Assembly (NCBI RefSeq): GCF_009914755.1
Contig: NC_060941.1
From: the human T2T-CHM13v2.0 reference genome, Homo sapiens
Direction: 5' to 3' (one strand)
Length of the DNA stretch: 64,000 bases
Part shown: piece by piece, positions 1 through 16,200 of the stretch
Layout of the letters: the number at the start of each line of letters is the position of its first letter
Position numbering within the stretch: position 1 is the first letter of the stretch
Position numbers and translations under genes: made by a program
The notes under the pieces: generated by a model
Databases searched by the model: none
What the model saw: the letters and a program-made list of their open reading frames with translations, nothing else
Told to the model about the DNA's origin: nothing

Positions 1-2855
1 AATCGAGTGGAATGGAATCGAATGGAATGGAATTGAATGGAATGGAATCGAATGGAATGGACTGGAATGGAATGCACTCAAATGGAATGGATTGGAATAA
101 AATGGAATCGAACAGGTTGGAATCGAAAGGAACGCAATGGAATGGAATGGAATGGACTCGATTGGAATGCAGTCAAATGGAATGGAATCAAATGGAATGG
201 AATCAAATAGAACGGAATTGAAAGGAATCGAAAGAATAGAACAAATTTTAGTGTAATGCAAAGATATTGAATGTAATGGAATGGAATGGAATGGACTCGA
301 ATGGAACAGACTAAAATGGAATGGACTCGAATGGTAGGGTCTGGAGTAGAATGGACTCGAATGGAATGGAAACGAATATAATGGAATGGAATGAAATGGA
401 AAGGAATAGAATGAAATGTAATCGGATGGAATGGAGTCAAATTGAATGGACTTGAAGGAATAGAATAGAATGGAATGGCATTGAATGGATTGGAATGGAT
501 TGGAATGGCCTTGATAGGAATGGTCTAGAATGGAATAGAATGGAATGGAATGGACTCGCATGGAATGGACCCAAACGTAGTGGACTCGAATGGAATGGAC
601 TCAAATAGAATGGATTAAAAAGAAATGGTATCGAATGGAATTTATTCCAATGGAATGGAATCGAATGGAATACAATTGTATGGAATGGAATCGAATACAA
701 TGGAATCAAATGGAATGGACCGGAATGGAATGGACTGGAATAGAACAGACTCGAATGTAATGCATGGCAATGTAATTAATTTGAATGGAATCGAATGGAA
801 TGGAGTCAATTGGAATGGAATCTAAAGGAATGGAATCGAATGAAATAGAATTGAACGGAATCGAAAGTACTAGAATGGAATGGAGTGTAATGGAAAGAAA
901 TCGAATGGAATGGAATGGAGTGGAATGGAATGGAATGGACACGAATGGAATGGACTGGAATGGAATGGACTTCAATGGAATTGGCTGTAGTGGAATTGAC
1001 TCCAATAGAATGGACTGGACTGGAATGGACTCGTATGGAATGGAAATAAGTGGTATGGAATGGAATGGAATGGAATGGAATGGAATGGAATGGAATGGAA
1101 TGGAATGAAACGGAAAGGAATAGAATGGAATGGAATCAGATGAAACAGATTGGAATGGAATGGAGTCGAATGGAATAGAATCGAAAGGAATGGCATCAGA
1201 CGGATTGGAATGGAATGGAATGGAATGGACTCGAATGGAATGGACACGAATGGAATAGAATTGAATGGAATGACATCAAATGGAATGGAATGCAATGGAA
1301 TGGGATGGAATGGAATGGAATGGAATGGAATGGAATGGAATGGAATGTACCCAAATGTAATGGACTCAAATGGAATGGATTCAAATAGAACGGAATCGAA
1401 AGAAAAGGTCTCGAAGGGAATTTAATCGAATAGAATGGAATCAAATGGAATGCAATAGTATGGAATGGAATCGAATGTAATGGAATCAAACGGAAAAGTC
1501 CAGAATGGAATGGACTGGAATAAAACGGACTCGAATGTAATGGATTGCAATCTAATTGATTCGAATGGAATGGAATCCAATGGAAAGGACCGGAATGGAA
1601 TGGGATGGAATAGAACGGATTCGAATGTAATGGATTGCAATGTAATTGATTCGAATGGAATGGAATTGAATGGAATGTAAGAAAATGAAATATGAATGAA
1701 TGAAATAGAATGGAATAGAATGGAATGCAACGGAATGGAATAGAATGCAACTGAGTGGAATGGAATAGAATGGAACTGAGTGGAATGGAATCAAATGCAA
1801 TGGTCTGCAATGCAATGGACTCCAATGGAATGGACTGGAACAAAATGGAATGGAACGGATTGGAATCGAAAGGAACGGAATGGAATGGAATGGAATGGAC
1901 TCGAATGGAATGGAGTCAAATGGAACGGAATCGAATGGAATTGAATCAAATGGTTTGGAATTGATTGGAATCGAAAGGAATATAATGGAAGGGAGTGTTA
2001 TGGAAAGATAACAAATGGAATGGAATGGAATGGACTCGAATGGAATGGAATGGAAAGCAACGGACTCAAATGGAATAGACTGGAGTAGAATGGACCCGAA
2101 TGAATGGAAACGAATGGAATGGAATGGAAAGGAATAGAATGGAATGGAATCAGATGGAATGTAATGGAATAGAATGAAACGGAATGGCATTGAATGGAAT
2201 AGAATCGAATGGAATGGCATCGAGTGGAATGGAATGGAATGGAATGGAAAGGAGTGGACTCGAATGGAATGTATTCGTATTGCTTGGCATCGAATGGAAG
2301 GGAATGGAATGGAATAGAATAGAATAGAATAGAATGGAATGGAATGGAGTGGAATCTAGTGGAATACAATCAAACGGAACGGAATTGAATGCAACGGAAT
2401 CGAATGGAGTGGAGACGCATGGAATTGACTGGAACAAAACGGAATCGAACGGATTGGAATCAAACTGAACGGAAAGGAATGGAACGGAATGGAAAGGTCT
2501 CGAATGCAATGGATTCGTACTGAATGGAATCCAATGGAATGGACTGGAATGGAATGGACTCGAATGGAATGAACTGGAACAAAATGTAATTGAACGGATT
2601 GGAATCGAACAGAGCAGAATAGAATGGAATGGAATGGCATGGACTCGAATGGAATGGGGTCAAATAGAATGGAATCGAATGGAATGGAGTCGAATGGAAT
2701 GGAGTCAAATAGAATGTAATCAAATGGAATGGACTCGAATGGAATAGATTTGAATGCAATGGAATTGAATCAAATGGAATGAAATGGCATGGAATGGAAT
2801 GGACAAAAATGTAATGGACTGGAACGGAATGGACTCAAATAGAATGGACTTGAAA

Positions 2856-2870
2856 GGAATGTTCTCGAAT
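2856..2870. promoter_or_regulatory. Perfect three-unit heat shock element match (nGAAnnTTCnnGAAn)
   Basis: gGAAt-gTTCt-cGAAt; sequence match only, occupancy unknown. Confidence 0.35.
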
Positions 2871-5800
2871 GGAATTTATTCGAATAGAATCAAATCATAT
2901 GGAATGCAATAGTATGGAATGGAATAGAATGGAATAGAATTGAATGGAATGGACAGGAATGGAATGGACTGGAATAGAATGGACTCGAGTGTAATGGATT
3001 GCAAAGTGATTTGAATGGAATGGAAACGAATGGAATGTAATCAAATGGAATCTAATGGTATCCAATGAAATGGAATTGAAAGGAATGCAATGGAATGGAA
3101 CGGAGTGGAATCGAGTGGAATGGAAACGAATGGAATGGAATCGAATGGAATGGAATCGACTGGAATGGACTGGAATGGAATGGAATCAAATGGAATGCAG
3201 TCGAATGGAATGGAATCAAAATGAATGTAGTCGAATGGAAAGGAATCGAATGGAATGGAATTGAATAGAATCGAAAGGAATAGAATGGAATGGAGTGTCA
3301 TGGAAAGATATCGAATGGACTGGAAAGGAATGGACTCGAATGGAATGGACTGGAATGGAATGGACTAGAGTGGAATAGACTGGAGTGGAATGGATTCGAA
3401 TGGAATGGAAACGAATGGAATGGAATGGAAAGGAATAAAATGGAATGGAAACGGATGGAATGGAATGGAATGGATTGGAGTTGAATGGAATAGAATCGAA
3501 TGGAGTGGCATCGAAGAGATTGGAATGGAATGGAATTGAATGGAATGGACTCGAATGGAATAGAATAGAAGGGAATGGCATCAAATTGAATAGAATGGAA
3601 TGGAATGGATTGGACCCAAAAGTAATGGACTCGAATGGAATGGACTCAAATAGAATGGACTCAAAAGTAATGGTCTCGAATGTAATTTATTCAAGTAGAA
3701 TGGAATCAAATGGAATCTAAAAGTATGGAATGGAATCGAATGGAATGGAATCGAATGGCATGGACCGGAATTGAATGGACTGGAATAGAACGGACTCAAA
3801 TATAATGGATTGTAATGTAATTGATTCGAATGCAATGGAATCGAATGGAATGTAATCCAATGGAATGGAATGGAAAGAAATGAAATAGAATAGAATGGAA
3901 TGCAATGGAATGGAATGGAGTGGAATCGAGTGGAATGGAATCGAATGGAATAGAATCGAATAGAATGGAATGGAGTAAATAGGGCTGCAATGGAATGGAC
4001 TCGAATGGATTAGACTGGAAGAAAATGGAATCGGGTAGATTGGAATCGAACGGAACGGAATGGAATGGAATTGATTAGAATGGAGTGGAATGGAATGGAA
4101 TAGAATGGAATGGAATTGAATAGAACGGAATTGAATGGAATCAAAAGGAATAGAATGAATTGGAGGGTAATGGTAAGATATCGAATGGAATGGAATGGAA
4201 TGCAATGGAATGCAATGGAATGGACTCGAATAGAATGGACTGGAATGGAATGGACTCGAATGGAATAGAATGGAGTGGAATGGACTCAAATGGTATGAAA
4301 CGAATGTAATGGAATGCAACGGAATGGAAAGGAATAGAATTGAATGGAATCGGATGGAATGGAATGGAAAGAAATGAAGTCAAATGGAATAGAATAGAAT
4401 GGAATGGCATCGAATAGACTGGAATGGAATGGAGTGGAATGGAATGGACTCGAATTGAATGGATTCAAATAGAATAAAATAGAATGGATTGACATTGAAT
4501 TGAATAGAATGGAATGGATTGGACTCCAATGGAATGGACTGGAATGGAATGGACTCGAATGGAATAGACTGGAAGAAAATGGAATCGAACGGATTGGAAT
4601 CAAATGGAACGGAATGGAATGGAATGGAATGGAATGCACTCAAATGGAATAGGGTCTATTGGAAAGGAATCGAATGGAATGGAATAGAATGGAATGGAAT
4701 TGAATGGAGTCGAAAGGAATAGAATCTAATGGAGTGTAATGGAAAGATATCTAATGGAATAGAGTCGAATGGAATGGACTGGAATGGAATGCACTTGAAT
4801 GGAATGGACTGAATTGGAATATACTCGAATGGAATGGAAACGAATGGAATGAAATGGAATGGAAAGGAATAGAAAGGAATGGAATCAGAAGGAACAGAAT
4901 GGACTGGAAAGGAGTCGAATGGAATAGAATCGAATGGAATGACATTGAATGCAATCGAATGGAATCGAATGGAATGGACACGAATGGAATAGAATAGAAT
5001 GGAATGGCATCGAATTGAATGGAATGGAACGGAATGGAATGGAATTCAATGGACCCAAATGTAATGGACTTGAATGGAATGGACTCAAATAGAATGGACC
5101 CGAAAGGAATGGTCTCAAATGGCATTTATTAGAATAGAATGGAATCGAATGGAATGCAATAGTATGGAATGGAATTGAATGGAATAGAATCGAATGGAAT
5201 GGAAAGGAATGGAATGTACTGGAATAGAATGGACTCGAATGAAAAGGATTACAATGTATTTGATTTGAATGGAATGGAAAGTAATCAAGTGGAAGGTAAT
5301 GGTATGCAACGGAATGGAATAGAATGGTATGAAATGGAATGGAATGCTGTCGAATTGAGGGAATGGAACTGAATGGAATGGAATTGAATGGAATGGACTG
5401 GAATGGAATTGACTCGAATGGAATGGACTCGAATGGAATGGACTGAAACAAAGTGGAATCGAATGGATTGGAATCGAACGGAATGGAATGGAATGGAATG
5501 GAATAGAATGGACTCGAAAGGAATGGAGTCAAAAGGAATGGAATCGAACAGAATGGAATCGAATGAAATGGAATTCAATGGCATCGAAAGGAATAGAATG
5601 GAATGGAGTGCAAAGGAATGCTATGGAATGGAATGGACTCGAATGGAATTGACTCAAATGGAATTGACTGGAGTGGAATGGACTCGAATAGAATGGACTG
5701 TAGTGGAATGGGCTCGAATGGAATGGAAAGAATGGAATGGAAAGAATACAATGGAAGGAAATCGGATGGAACGGAATGGAGTGGAATGAAGTCGAATGGA

Positions 5801-8800
5801 ATAGAATCGAATGGAATGGCATCAAATGGAATGGAATGGAATGGATTCAAATGGATTGGACTCAAATGAAATAGAATCGAATGGAATGGAATCAAATGTA
5901 ATGGAATGAAATGGAATTCATCCAAATGTAATGGTCTCGAATGGAATTGACACAAATAGAATGGACAAGAAACGAATGGTCTCGAATGGAATTTATTCGA
6001 ATAGAATGGAATCGCATGGAATGCAATAGTATGGAATGGAATTGAAAGGAATTGAATAGAATGCAATGGACCGGAATGCAATGCAATGGAATAGAATGGA
6101 CTCAAATATAATGGATTGCAAAGTAATTGATTCGAATGCAATGGAATCGAGTGGAAGGTACTCAAATGGAAAGGAATGGTATACAATGGAATGGAATAGA
6201 ATGGAATGCAATGGAATGGAATGGAGTGGAATCGAGTGGAATGGAATTGAATAGAATGGAATCGAATGGAATGGAATTGAATGGAATGGAATCGAATGCA
6301 ATGGAATTGAATGGTAACTAAAAAAATAGAATGGAATAGAGTGTAATGGAAAGATATCAAATGAAATGCAATGGACTCGAATGGAATGGACAGGAAAGGA
6401 ATGGACTCAAATGAAATGGACTAGAGAGGAATGGACTCAAATGTAATGGAAACAAATGGAATGGAATGGAATGAAACGGAAAGGAAGAGAATGGAATGGA
6501 ATCTGTTGGAATGGAATGGAATGGAGTCGAAAGGAATAGAGTCGAATGGAATGGCATCAAAGGGAAAGGAATGGAATGGAATGGACTCGAGTAGAATGGA
6601 CTCAAATGGAATAGAATTGAATGGAATGGCATCGAATGGAATGGAATGAAATGGAACCAAATGTAATGGACTCGAATGGAATGGACTCAAATAGAATGGA
6701 CTCTAAAGGAATGCTCTCGAATGGAATTTATTGAAATAGAATGGAATCGAATGGAATGCAATAGTATGGAATGCAATCGAATGGAATGGAATCAAATGGA
6801 ATGGACTGGAATGGAATGGACTGGAATAGAACAGACTCGAAAATAATGGATTGCAAAGTAATTGATTCGAATGGAATGGAATCGAATGGAATGTAATCAA
6901 AAGGAATGGAATGCAATGCAATGGAATGGAATAGTATGAAATGCAAAGGAATGGAACAGAGTGGAATAGAGTGGAATGGAATAGAATGGAATGGAATTGA
7001 ATGGAATGGACTGGAATGGAATGGACTCGAATGGAATGGACTGGAATGGAATGACTCGAATGGAATGGATTGGAAAAAATGGAATCGAACAGATTGGAAT
7101 CGAATGGAACGTAATGGAATGGAATGGAATGGAATCAAATCGAATGGAATGGAGTCGAATGAATTGGAATTGAATGGAATGGAATCGAATGAATTGGAAT
7201 TGAATGGAATCGAAAGGAATAGAATGGAATGGAGAGCAGTGGAAAGATATCGAATGGAATAGAATGGAGTCAAATGGAATGGACTAGAATGGAATGGACT
7301 CGAATGGAGCGGACTGGAGTGGAATGGACTCGAATGGAATGGAAACAAATGGAATGGAATGGAATGGAATGGAATGGAATGGAATGGAATGGAATGCAAT
7401 GGAATGCAATGGAATGCAAATAAATAGAATGGAATGGAAACGGATGGAATGGAATGGAGTGGAATAGAGTCGAATGGAATAGAATCGAATGGAATGGCAT
7501 CAAATGGAATGGAATGGAATGGAATGGAATGGATTTGAATGGAATAGAATCTAATGGAATGGAATTGAATGGAATGAAATGGAATGGAATGAAATGGAAT
7601 TGACCCAAATGTAATGGACTTGAATGGAATGGACTCAAATAGAATGGATAAGAAGGGAATGGTCTCGAATGGAATTTATGCGAATAGAATAGAATTCCAT
7701 GGAATGCAAAAGTACATAATGCAATCGAATGGAATGGACCGGATTGGAATGGACTGGAATAGAAAGGACTCGAATATAATGGATTGCAAAGTAATAATTT
7801 CGAATGGATTGGAATCAAATGGAATGTAATCAAATGCAATGGAATGGTATAGAATTGAGTGCAATGGAATGGAATGGAGTGGAATCGAGTGGAATGGAAA
7901 TGAATGGAATGGAATTGAATGGTATGGACTGGAATGCAATGGACATGAATGGAATGGACTGGAACACAATGGAATCGAACGTAATGGAATCGAATGAAAA
8001 AGAATAGAATTTAATGGAATGGAATGGACTCAAATGGAATGGAGTAGATTGGAATGGAAACGAATGGAATGGAATAAAAAGGAATGGAATCAAAAGGCAT
8101 AGAATGGAATGGAGTGTAATGGAAAGATATCCAATGGAATGGAATGGAATGGACTGGAATGGAATAGACTCAAATGGAATGGACTGGAGTGGAATGGACC
8201 CGAATGGATTGGAATGGAATGGAATGGTATGGAATGGAAAGGAATAGAATGGAATGGAATCGGATGGAACGGAATGGAATGAAATGGAGTCGAATGGAAT
8301 AGAATCAAATGGAATGGCATCAAATGGCATGGAATGGAATGGATTCGAATGGAATGGACTTGAAAGGAATAGAATCAAATGGAATGGCTTCGAGTGGTAT
8401 GGAATGGAATGGAATGGAATGGACCCAAATGTAATGGACGTGAATGGAATGGACTCAAATAGAATGGACTCTAAAGGAATGGTATCGAATTGAATTTATT
8501 CGAGTAGAATGGAATCGAATGGATTGCAATATTATGGTATGGAATCAAACGGAATGGAATCGAATGGAATGTACCGGAATGGAATGGACTGGAATAGAAC
8601 GGACTCGAAAGTAATGGATTGCAATGTAATTGATTCGAATGGAATGTAATCAAACGGAATGTAATCAAATGGAATGGAATGGAATGGAATAGAATGGAAT
8701 GCAATGGAATGGAACAGAACAGAGTGGAATTGACAGGAATGGAATTGAATGGAATGGACTAGAATAGAACAGACTCGAAATAGAACTGGACTGGAACAAA

Positions 8801-10121
8801 ATAGAATCGAACGAATTGGAATCAAAAGGAACAGAATGGAATGGAATGGAATGGAATGCAACGGAATGGAATGGAAAGGAATCAAATGAAATGGAGTCGA
8901 ATGGACTGGAATTGGATGGAATTGAAAGTAATAGAATGGAATGGAGTGTAATGGAAAGACTCCGAATGGAATGGAATTGAATGGAGACAAATGGGATGGA
9001 CTCGAATGGAATGGAACAGAGTGGAATGGACTCGAATTTAATGTAAATGAATGAAATGGAATGGAATGGAACAGAATGGACCCAAACGTAATGGCCTTGA
9101 ATGGAATGGACTCAAATAGAATGGACTCGAAAGAATTGTCTCGAATGTAATTTATTTGAATAGAATGCAATCGAAAGGAATGCAATAGTAGGGAATGGAA
9201 TCGAATGGAATGGAATCAAATGGAATGGAATGGAATGCAATGGACTGGAATAGAACGGACTCGAATGTAATGGATTGTAATGTAATAGGTTCGAATGGAA
9301 TGCAATCGAATGGAATGTAACCAAATGGAATGGAAGGGAATGCAATGGAATGGAATAGAATGGAGTACAATGAAATGGAACGGAGAGGAATCGAGAAGAA
9401 TGGAATGGAATGGAATGGAATGGAATGGAATGGAAACGAATGGAATGGAATGGAAATGAATGGAATGGAATGGAAACAAATGGCATGGAATGGAATGGAA
9501 TGGAATGCAAGGGAATGGAACTGGAATAGAATGGAATGGAATCGGATGGAACAGAATGGAATGGAATGGAGTTGAATGGAATAGAATCGAATGGAATGGC
9601 ATCAAACGGAATGGAATCGAATGGAATGTACTGGAATGGAGTGGACTGTAAAAGAACGGACCCGAATATAATGGATTGCAAAGTAATTGATTCAAATGGA
9701 ACGGAATTGAATGGAATGGAATCGAATGGAATGGCCTGGAATGGAATGGAGTGGAATAGAATGGACTCGAATGTAATGGATTGCAATGTAATTGATTTGA
9801 ATGGAATGGAATCAAATATAATGTAATCCAATGGAATGGAAAGGAATGCAATGAAATGGAAAGAATGGAATGCAATGGAATGGAATGGAGTGGAATCGAG
9901 AGGAATTGAATCGAGTGGAAAGGAACAGAATGGAATGGAATGGAGTCAAATGGAATAGAATCAAATGGAGTGGCATTAAATGGAATTGAATGGAATGGAA
10001 TGGACTCTAATGGAATGGACACGAATGGAATACAATGGAATGAAATGGCATCGAATGGAATGGAATGGACCCTAACGTAATGGAGTCGAATAAAAGGGAC
10101 TCAAATAGAATGGATTCGAAA

Positions 10122-10238
10122 GGAATGGTCTCGAATGAAATTTATTCGAATAGATTGGTATTGAATGGAATTCAATAGTATGGAATGGTCTCAAATGAAA
10201 TTTATTCGAATAGATTGGTATTGAATGGAATTCAATAG
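10122..10238 (+). repeat. Local 60-bp tandem duplication (2 copies)
   Basis: TTTATTCGAATAGATTGGTATTGAATGGAATTCAATAG at both 10141 and 10201, sharing private variants. Confidence 0.9.
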
Positions 10239-13200
10239 AATGGAATGGTATTGAATGGATTGGAATTGAATGGAATGGACCGGAATGGAATGGAGTGGAA
10301 TAGAACGTACTCCAATGTAATGGATTGCAATGTAATTGATTCGAATGGAATGGAATCGAATGGAATGTAATCAAATGGAATGGAATGGAATGCAATGGAA
10401 TGGAATGGAATAGAATGCAATGTAATGGAATAGAACGGAATGCAATGGAATGGAACAGAGTGGAATCGAGTGGAAAGGAATTGAATGGAATGGAATCGAA
10501 TGGAATGGACTCAAATGGAATGGACTCGAATGGAATGGACTCTAATGGAATGGTCTCGAATGGAATTTATTCGAATAGAATGGAATCGAGTGGAATGCAA
10601 TAGTACAGAACGGAATTGATTGGAATGGAATCGAATGGAATGTAGCGGGATGGAATGGACTGGACAAAATGGAATTGAATGGCACGGAATGGAATTGAAT
10701 GGACTGGAATGGAATGGAGTCGAACGGAATGGAATCGGATGTAATGGAAACGAGCAGAATGGAATTGAATGGAATCAAAAGGAATAGAATGGAATGGAGT
10801 GTAACGGAAGGAAATCAAATGGAACGGAATGGAATGGACTCGAATGGAATGGACTGGAACAAAATGGAATCAAATGGATTGGAATCGAATGGAACCGAGT
10901 GGAAAGGAGTGGATTGGAATGGAATGGAATGGAATGGAATGGAGTCGAATGGAATGGAATCGAATGGAAAGGAAGAGAATGTAATGGAATCAAATGGAAT
11001 GGAATTGAAAGGAATCAAAAGGAATACAATGGAATGAACTGTAATGGAAATATATCGAATGGAAAGTAACAGAATGGAATGGACACGAATGGATTGGACT
11101 GGAATGGAATGGAATGAACTTGAATGGAATGGACTGGAGTGGAATGGTCTTGAATGGAATAGAATCTAATGGAATGGCATCAAATGGAATGGAATGGAAG
11201 GGAATGGAATGGACACAAATATAATGGACTCGAATGGAATGGACTCAAACTGAATGGACACAAAAGTAATGGTCTCGAATGGAATTTATTCGAATGCAAT
11301 GGATTCGAAAGGAATGCAATAGTATGGAATGGAAACAAATGGAATGGAATCGAATGGAATGTAGGGGATTGGAATGGACTGGAATACAATGGACTTAAAT
11401 GTATAGGATTGCAATGAAATTGACTCGAATGGAATGGAATCAAATGGAATGTAATCAAATGGAATGGAATGGAATGCAATGGAATGGAATACAATGGAAT
11501 GCAATGGAATGGAATGCAGTGGAATCGAGTGGAATGAAATCGAATGGAATAGAATTGAATGGAATGGACTGCAATGGAATGTACTCGAATGGAATGGACA
11601 AGGAACAAAATGGAATTGAACAGTTTTTAATCGAACGGAATGGAAAGGAATGGAATGGAAAGGACTCGAATAGAATGGAGTTGAACAGAATGGACCAGAA
11701 TGGAATGGACTGGAATAGAACGGACTCGAATGTAATGGACTGCAAAGTAATTGATTCGAACGGAAGGGAATCGAATGGAATGTAATCAAATGGAATGGAA
11801 TGGAATGCATTGCAATGGAATAGAATGGAATGCAATGGAATGGAAGGGAGAGGAATCAACTGGAATGGAATTGAATGGAATGGAATTGAATGGAATTGAA
11901 TCGAATGGAATGGACAGAATGGAATGGATTCGAATGGAATGGACTGGAACAAAATGGAAAAGAACGGATTGGATTCAAAAGGAATTGAATTTAATGGAAT
12001 GGATTGTATTCAAAAGGAATGGATTCTAATGGAGTGGAATTGAAAGGAATCGAAAGGAATAGAATGGAATGGAGTGTAAGGGAAAGATATCGAATGGAAT
12101 GGAGTGGACTCCAATGGAATGGAATGGAGTGTAATGGAAAGATATTGAATGGAATGAAATGGAAGGGAGTGGACTCAAATGGAATGGAATGGACTCGAAC
12201 GGAATGGACTGGAGTGGAATGGACTAGAATGTAACGGAAACGAATGGAATGGAATGGAATGGAATGAAAAGGAAACGAATGGAATTGAAAGGAATGAAAT
12301 GGAAAGGAATAGAATGGAATGGAATCAGATGGAGTCGAATGGAATAGAATCGAATGGTATGGCATCAAATGGAATGGAATGGATTGTAATGGAATGAACT
12401 CGAGTGGAATGGAATCGAATGGATTAGAATCGAATGGAAGGGAATTCAATGGAATGGAATGGAATGGACCCAATAGTAATGGACTTCAAAGGAATGGACT
12501 CATAAAGAATGGACTCGAAAGAAGTGGTATCAAATGGAATTTATTTGAAAAGAATGGAATCGAATGGAAAGCAATAGTATGGAATGGAATCGAATGTAAT
12601 GGACTGGAATGGAATGGTCTGGAATAAAACGGACTCGAATGTAATGGATTGCAATGTAATTGATTTGAAAGGAAAGGAATCGAATGGAATGTATTCAAAA
12701 GGAATGGAATGGAATGCAGTAGAATGCAACAGAATGGAATGCAAAGGAATGGAATGGAGTGAAATCGAGTGGAATGGAATCGAATGGAATGGAATTGAAT
12801 GGAATGGAATCGAATGGAATAGACTCGAATGGAATGGAATTGAATGGAATGGAATCGAATGGAATAGACTCGAATGGAATGGACTGGAACAAAATGGAAG
12901 GGAACCGATTGGAATCGAAAAGAATGGAATCGCATGGAATGGAATGGAAAGGATTTGAATGGAATGGAGACGAATGGAATGGAACCGAATGGATTGGAAT
13001 CTAATGGAATGGAATTGAAAGGAATCGAAACGAATAGAATGGAATGGAGTGTAATGGAAAGATATCGAATGGAATGGAATTGAAATGAATTGAAAGGAAT
13101 AGAATAGAATGGAGTGTAATGGAAACATATCAAATGGAATGGAGTGCAATGGACTCGAATGCAATGGAATGCAATGGAATGGATTGGAATGGACTCAAAT

Positions 13201-16200
13201 GAAATGGACTGGAGAGGAATGGACAAGAATGGAAAGGAAAAGAATGGAATGGAATGGAAAAGAATGGAATGGAATGGAGTGGAAAGGAATAGAATGGAAT
13301 GGAATTGGATGGAATGCAATGGAATGGAATGTAGTCGAATGGAAAACATTCGAATGGAATGGCATCAAATGGATTAGAATAGAATGGAATGGAATGGAAT
13401 GGACTCCAATGGAATGGACTCGAATGGAATATAATCAAATGGAATGGCATCGAATGGAATGGAATGGAATGGAATGGACCAAAAGTAATGGAATCGAATG
13501 GAATGGGCTCAAATAGAATGGACTCAAAAGGAATGGTCTCGAATGGAATTTATTTGAATAGAATGTAATCGAATGTAATGCAATAGTATGGAATGGATTC
13601 GAAAGGAAAGGAATTGAATGGAATGAACCGGAATGGAATGGACTGGAATAGAACAGACTCAAATGTAATGGATTGTAAGGTAATTGATTCGAATCGAATG
13701 GAATCGAATGGAATGTAATCAAGTGGAATGGAATGGAATACAATGGAATGGAATAGAATGGAATGCAATGGAATGGAACGTAGTGGTATCGAGCAGAATG
13801 GAATCGAATGGAATGGAACGGAATGGAATGGACTACAATGGAAAGGACTGGAATTCAGTGGACTGGAACAAAATGGAATCGAACGGATTGGAATTGAATG
13901 AAACGGAATAGAATGGAATGCAACGGACACGAATGGAATGGAGTCGAATGGAATGGAACCGAATGGAATGGAATCGAAGGGAATGGAATCAAATGGAAGG
14001 GAATATAATGGAATCGAAAGGAATAGAATGCAAGAGAGTGTAGTGGAGAGATATCAAATGGAATAGAACAGAATGGAATGGACTCAAAAGGAATTGACTG
14101 GAATGGAATGGACTCGAATGGAATGGACTTGCGTGGAATGCATTCGAATGGAATGGACTGAAGTGGAATGGATTCGAATGGAATGGAAACAAATGCAATG
14201 GAATGAACTGGATAGGAATGGAATGGAATGGAAAGAATAGAATGGAATGGAATCGGTTAGAATGGAATGCAACGGAATGGACTTGAATGGAATAGAATAG
14301 AAGGGAATGGCATCGAATTGAATAGAATGGAATGGAATGGATTGGACACAAAAGTAGTGGACTCGAATGGAATGGACTTGAAAGGAATGGTCTCGAATGG
14401 AATTTATTCAAATAGAATGGAATCGAATGGAATGCAATAGTATGGAATGGAGTCGAATGGAATGGAATCGAATGGAATGTAGTGGGATGGAATGGACTGG
14501 AACAAAATGAAATCGAAAGGATTGGAACCGAATGGAATGGAATGGAATGGAATGGAATGAACTCGAATACGATGGAGTCAAATGGGATGGAATCGAATGG
14601 AATGGAATTGAATGGAATCGAAAGGAATAGAATGGAATGGAGTGTAACGGAAAGATATCAAATGGAATGGAATGGAATGGACTCGAATGGAATGGACTGG
14701 AACAAAATGAAATCAAAAGGATTGGAATCGCAGGGACCCGAATGGAAAGGAATGGATTGGAATGGACTCGAATGGAATGGAGTCGAATGGAATGGAATCA
14801 AATGGAATGGAATCGAATGGAATGGAATTGAATGGAATCAAAAGGAATAGAGTGGAATGGAGTGTAATGTAAAGATATCGAATGGAATGGAATGGAATGG
14901 ACTCGAATGGAATGGACTGGAAGGGAATTCACTCGAATGCAATGGACTTGAGTGGAATGGACTCAAATGGAATGGAAACGAATGGAATGGAATGGAAAGG
15001 AATAGAATGGAATGGAATCAGATGGAACGGAATGGAATGGAATGGAGACGAATGGAATAGAATTGAATGGAATTGCATCAAATGGAATGGAATGGAGTGG
15101 AATGGAATAGAAGGGACTTGAATGGAGTGGAGTCAAAAGGCATAGAATCTAATGTAATGGCATCAAATGGAATGCCATTGAATGGAATGGTCCCAAATGT
15201 AATGGACTCGAATAGAATGGCCTCGAAAGAAATGATCTGAAATGGAATCCGTATGAATAGAATGGAATCGAATGGAATGCAATAATATGCAATGGAATTG
15301 AATAGAAAGAAATCGAATGGAATGATCCGGAATGGAATGAACTGGAATACAACGGACACGAATGTAATGGATTGCAATTTGATTGATTCGAATGGAATGG
15401 AATCGAATGGAATTTAACCAAATGAAATGGAATGGAATGCAATGGACTGGAATAGAATGGAATGCAATGGAATGGAACAGACTGGAATCGAGTGGAATGG
15501 AATCAAATGGAATGGAAGCAAATGGAATGGAATTGAATGAAATGGACTGGAAAGGAATGGAGTCGAATGGAATGTACTGGAACAAAACGGAATCGAACAG
15601 ATTGGAATAGAATGGAACGGAATGGAATGCAATGGACACGAATGGAATGGAGTCTAATGGAATTGAATGGAAAGTAATGGAATCAAATGGAATGAAATTG
15701 AATGGAAACGAAAGGAATAGAATGGAATGGAGTGTAATGGAAACATATCGAATGCAATGGAAATGGAATGGCCTCGAATGGAATGGACTAGAATGGAATG
15801 GGCTTGAAAGGAATGGACCGGAGTGGAAAGGAGTCGAATGGAATAGAAACGAATGGAATGGAATGGAATGCAATGGAATGGAATGGAAAGGAATAGAAAT
15901 GGAAAGGAATCGGAGGGAATACAATGGATGGGAATGGAGTCTATTGGAATAGAATCGAATGGAATGGCATCGAATGGAATGGAATGGAAAGGACTCGAAT
16001 GGAATGGACTCTAATGGAATAGAATGGAATGGAATGGAATGGAATGGATTGGAATGGAATGGAATGGAATGGACCCAAATGTAATGGGCTTGAATAGAAT
16101 GGACACAAATAGAATGGACTCGAAAGAAATAGTCTCGAATGGAATTAATTCGAATAGAATGGAATGGAAAGGATTGCAATATTATGGAATGGAATATAAT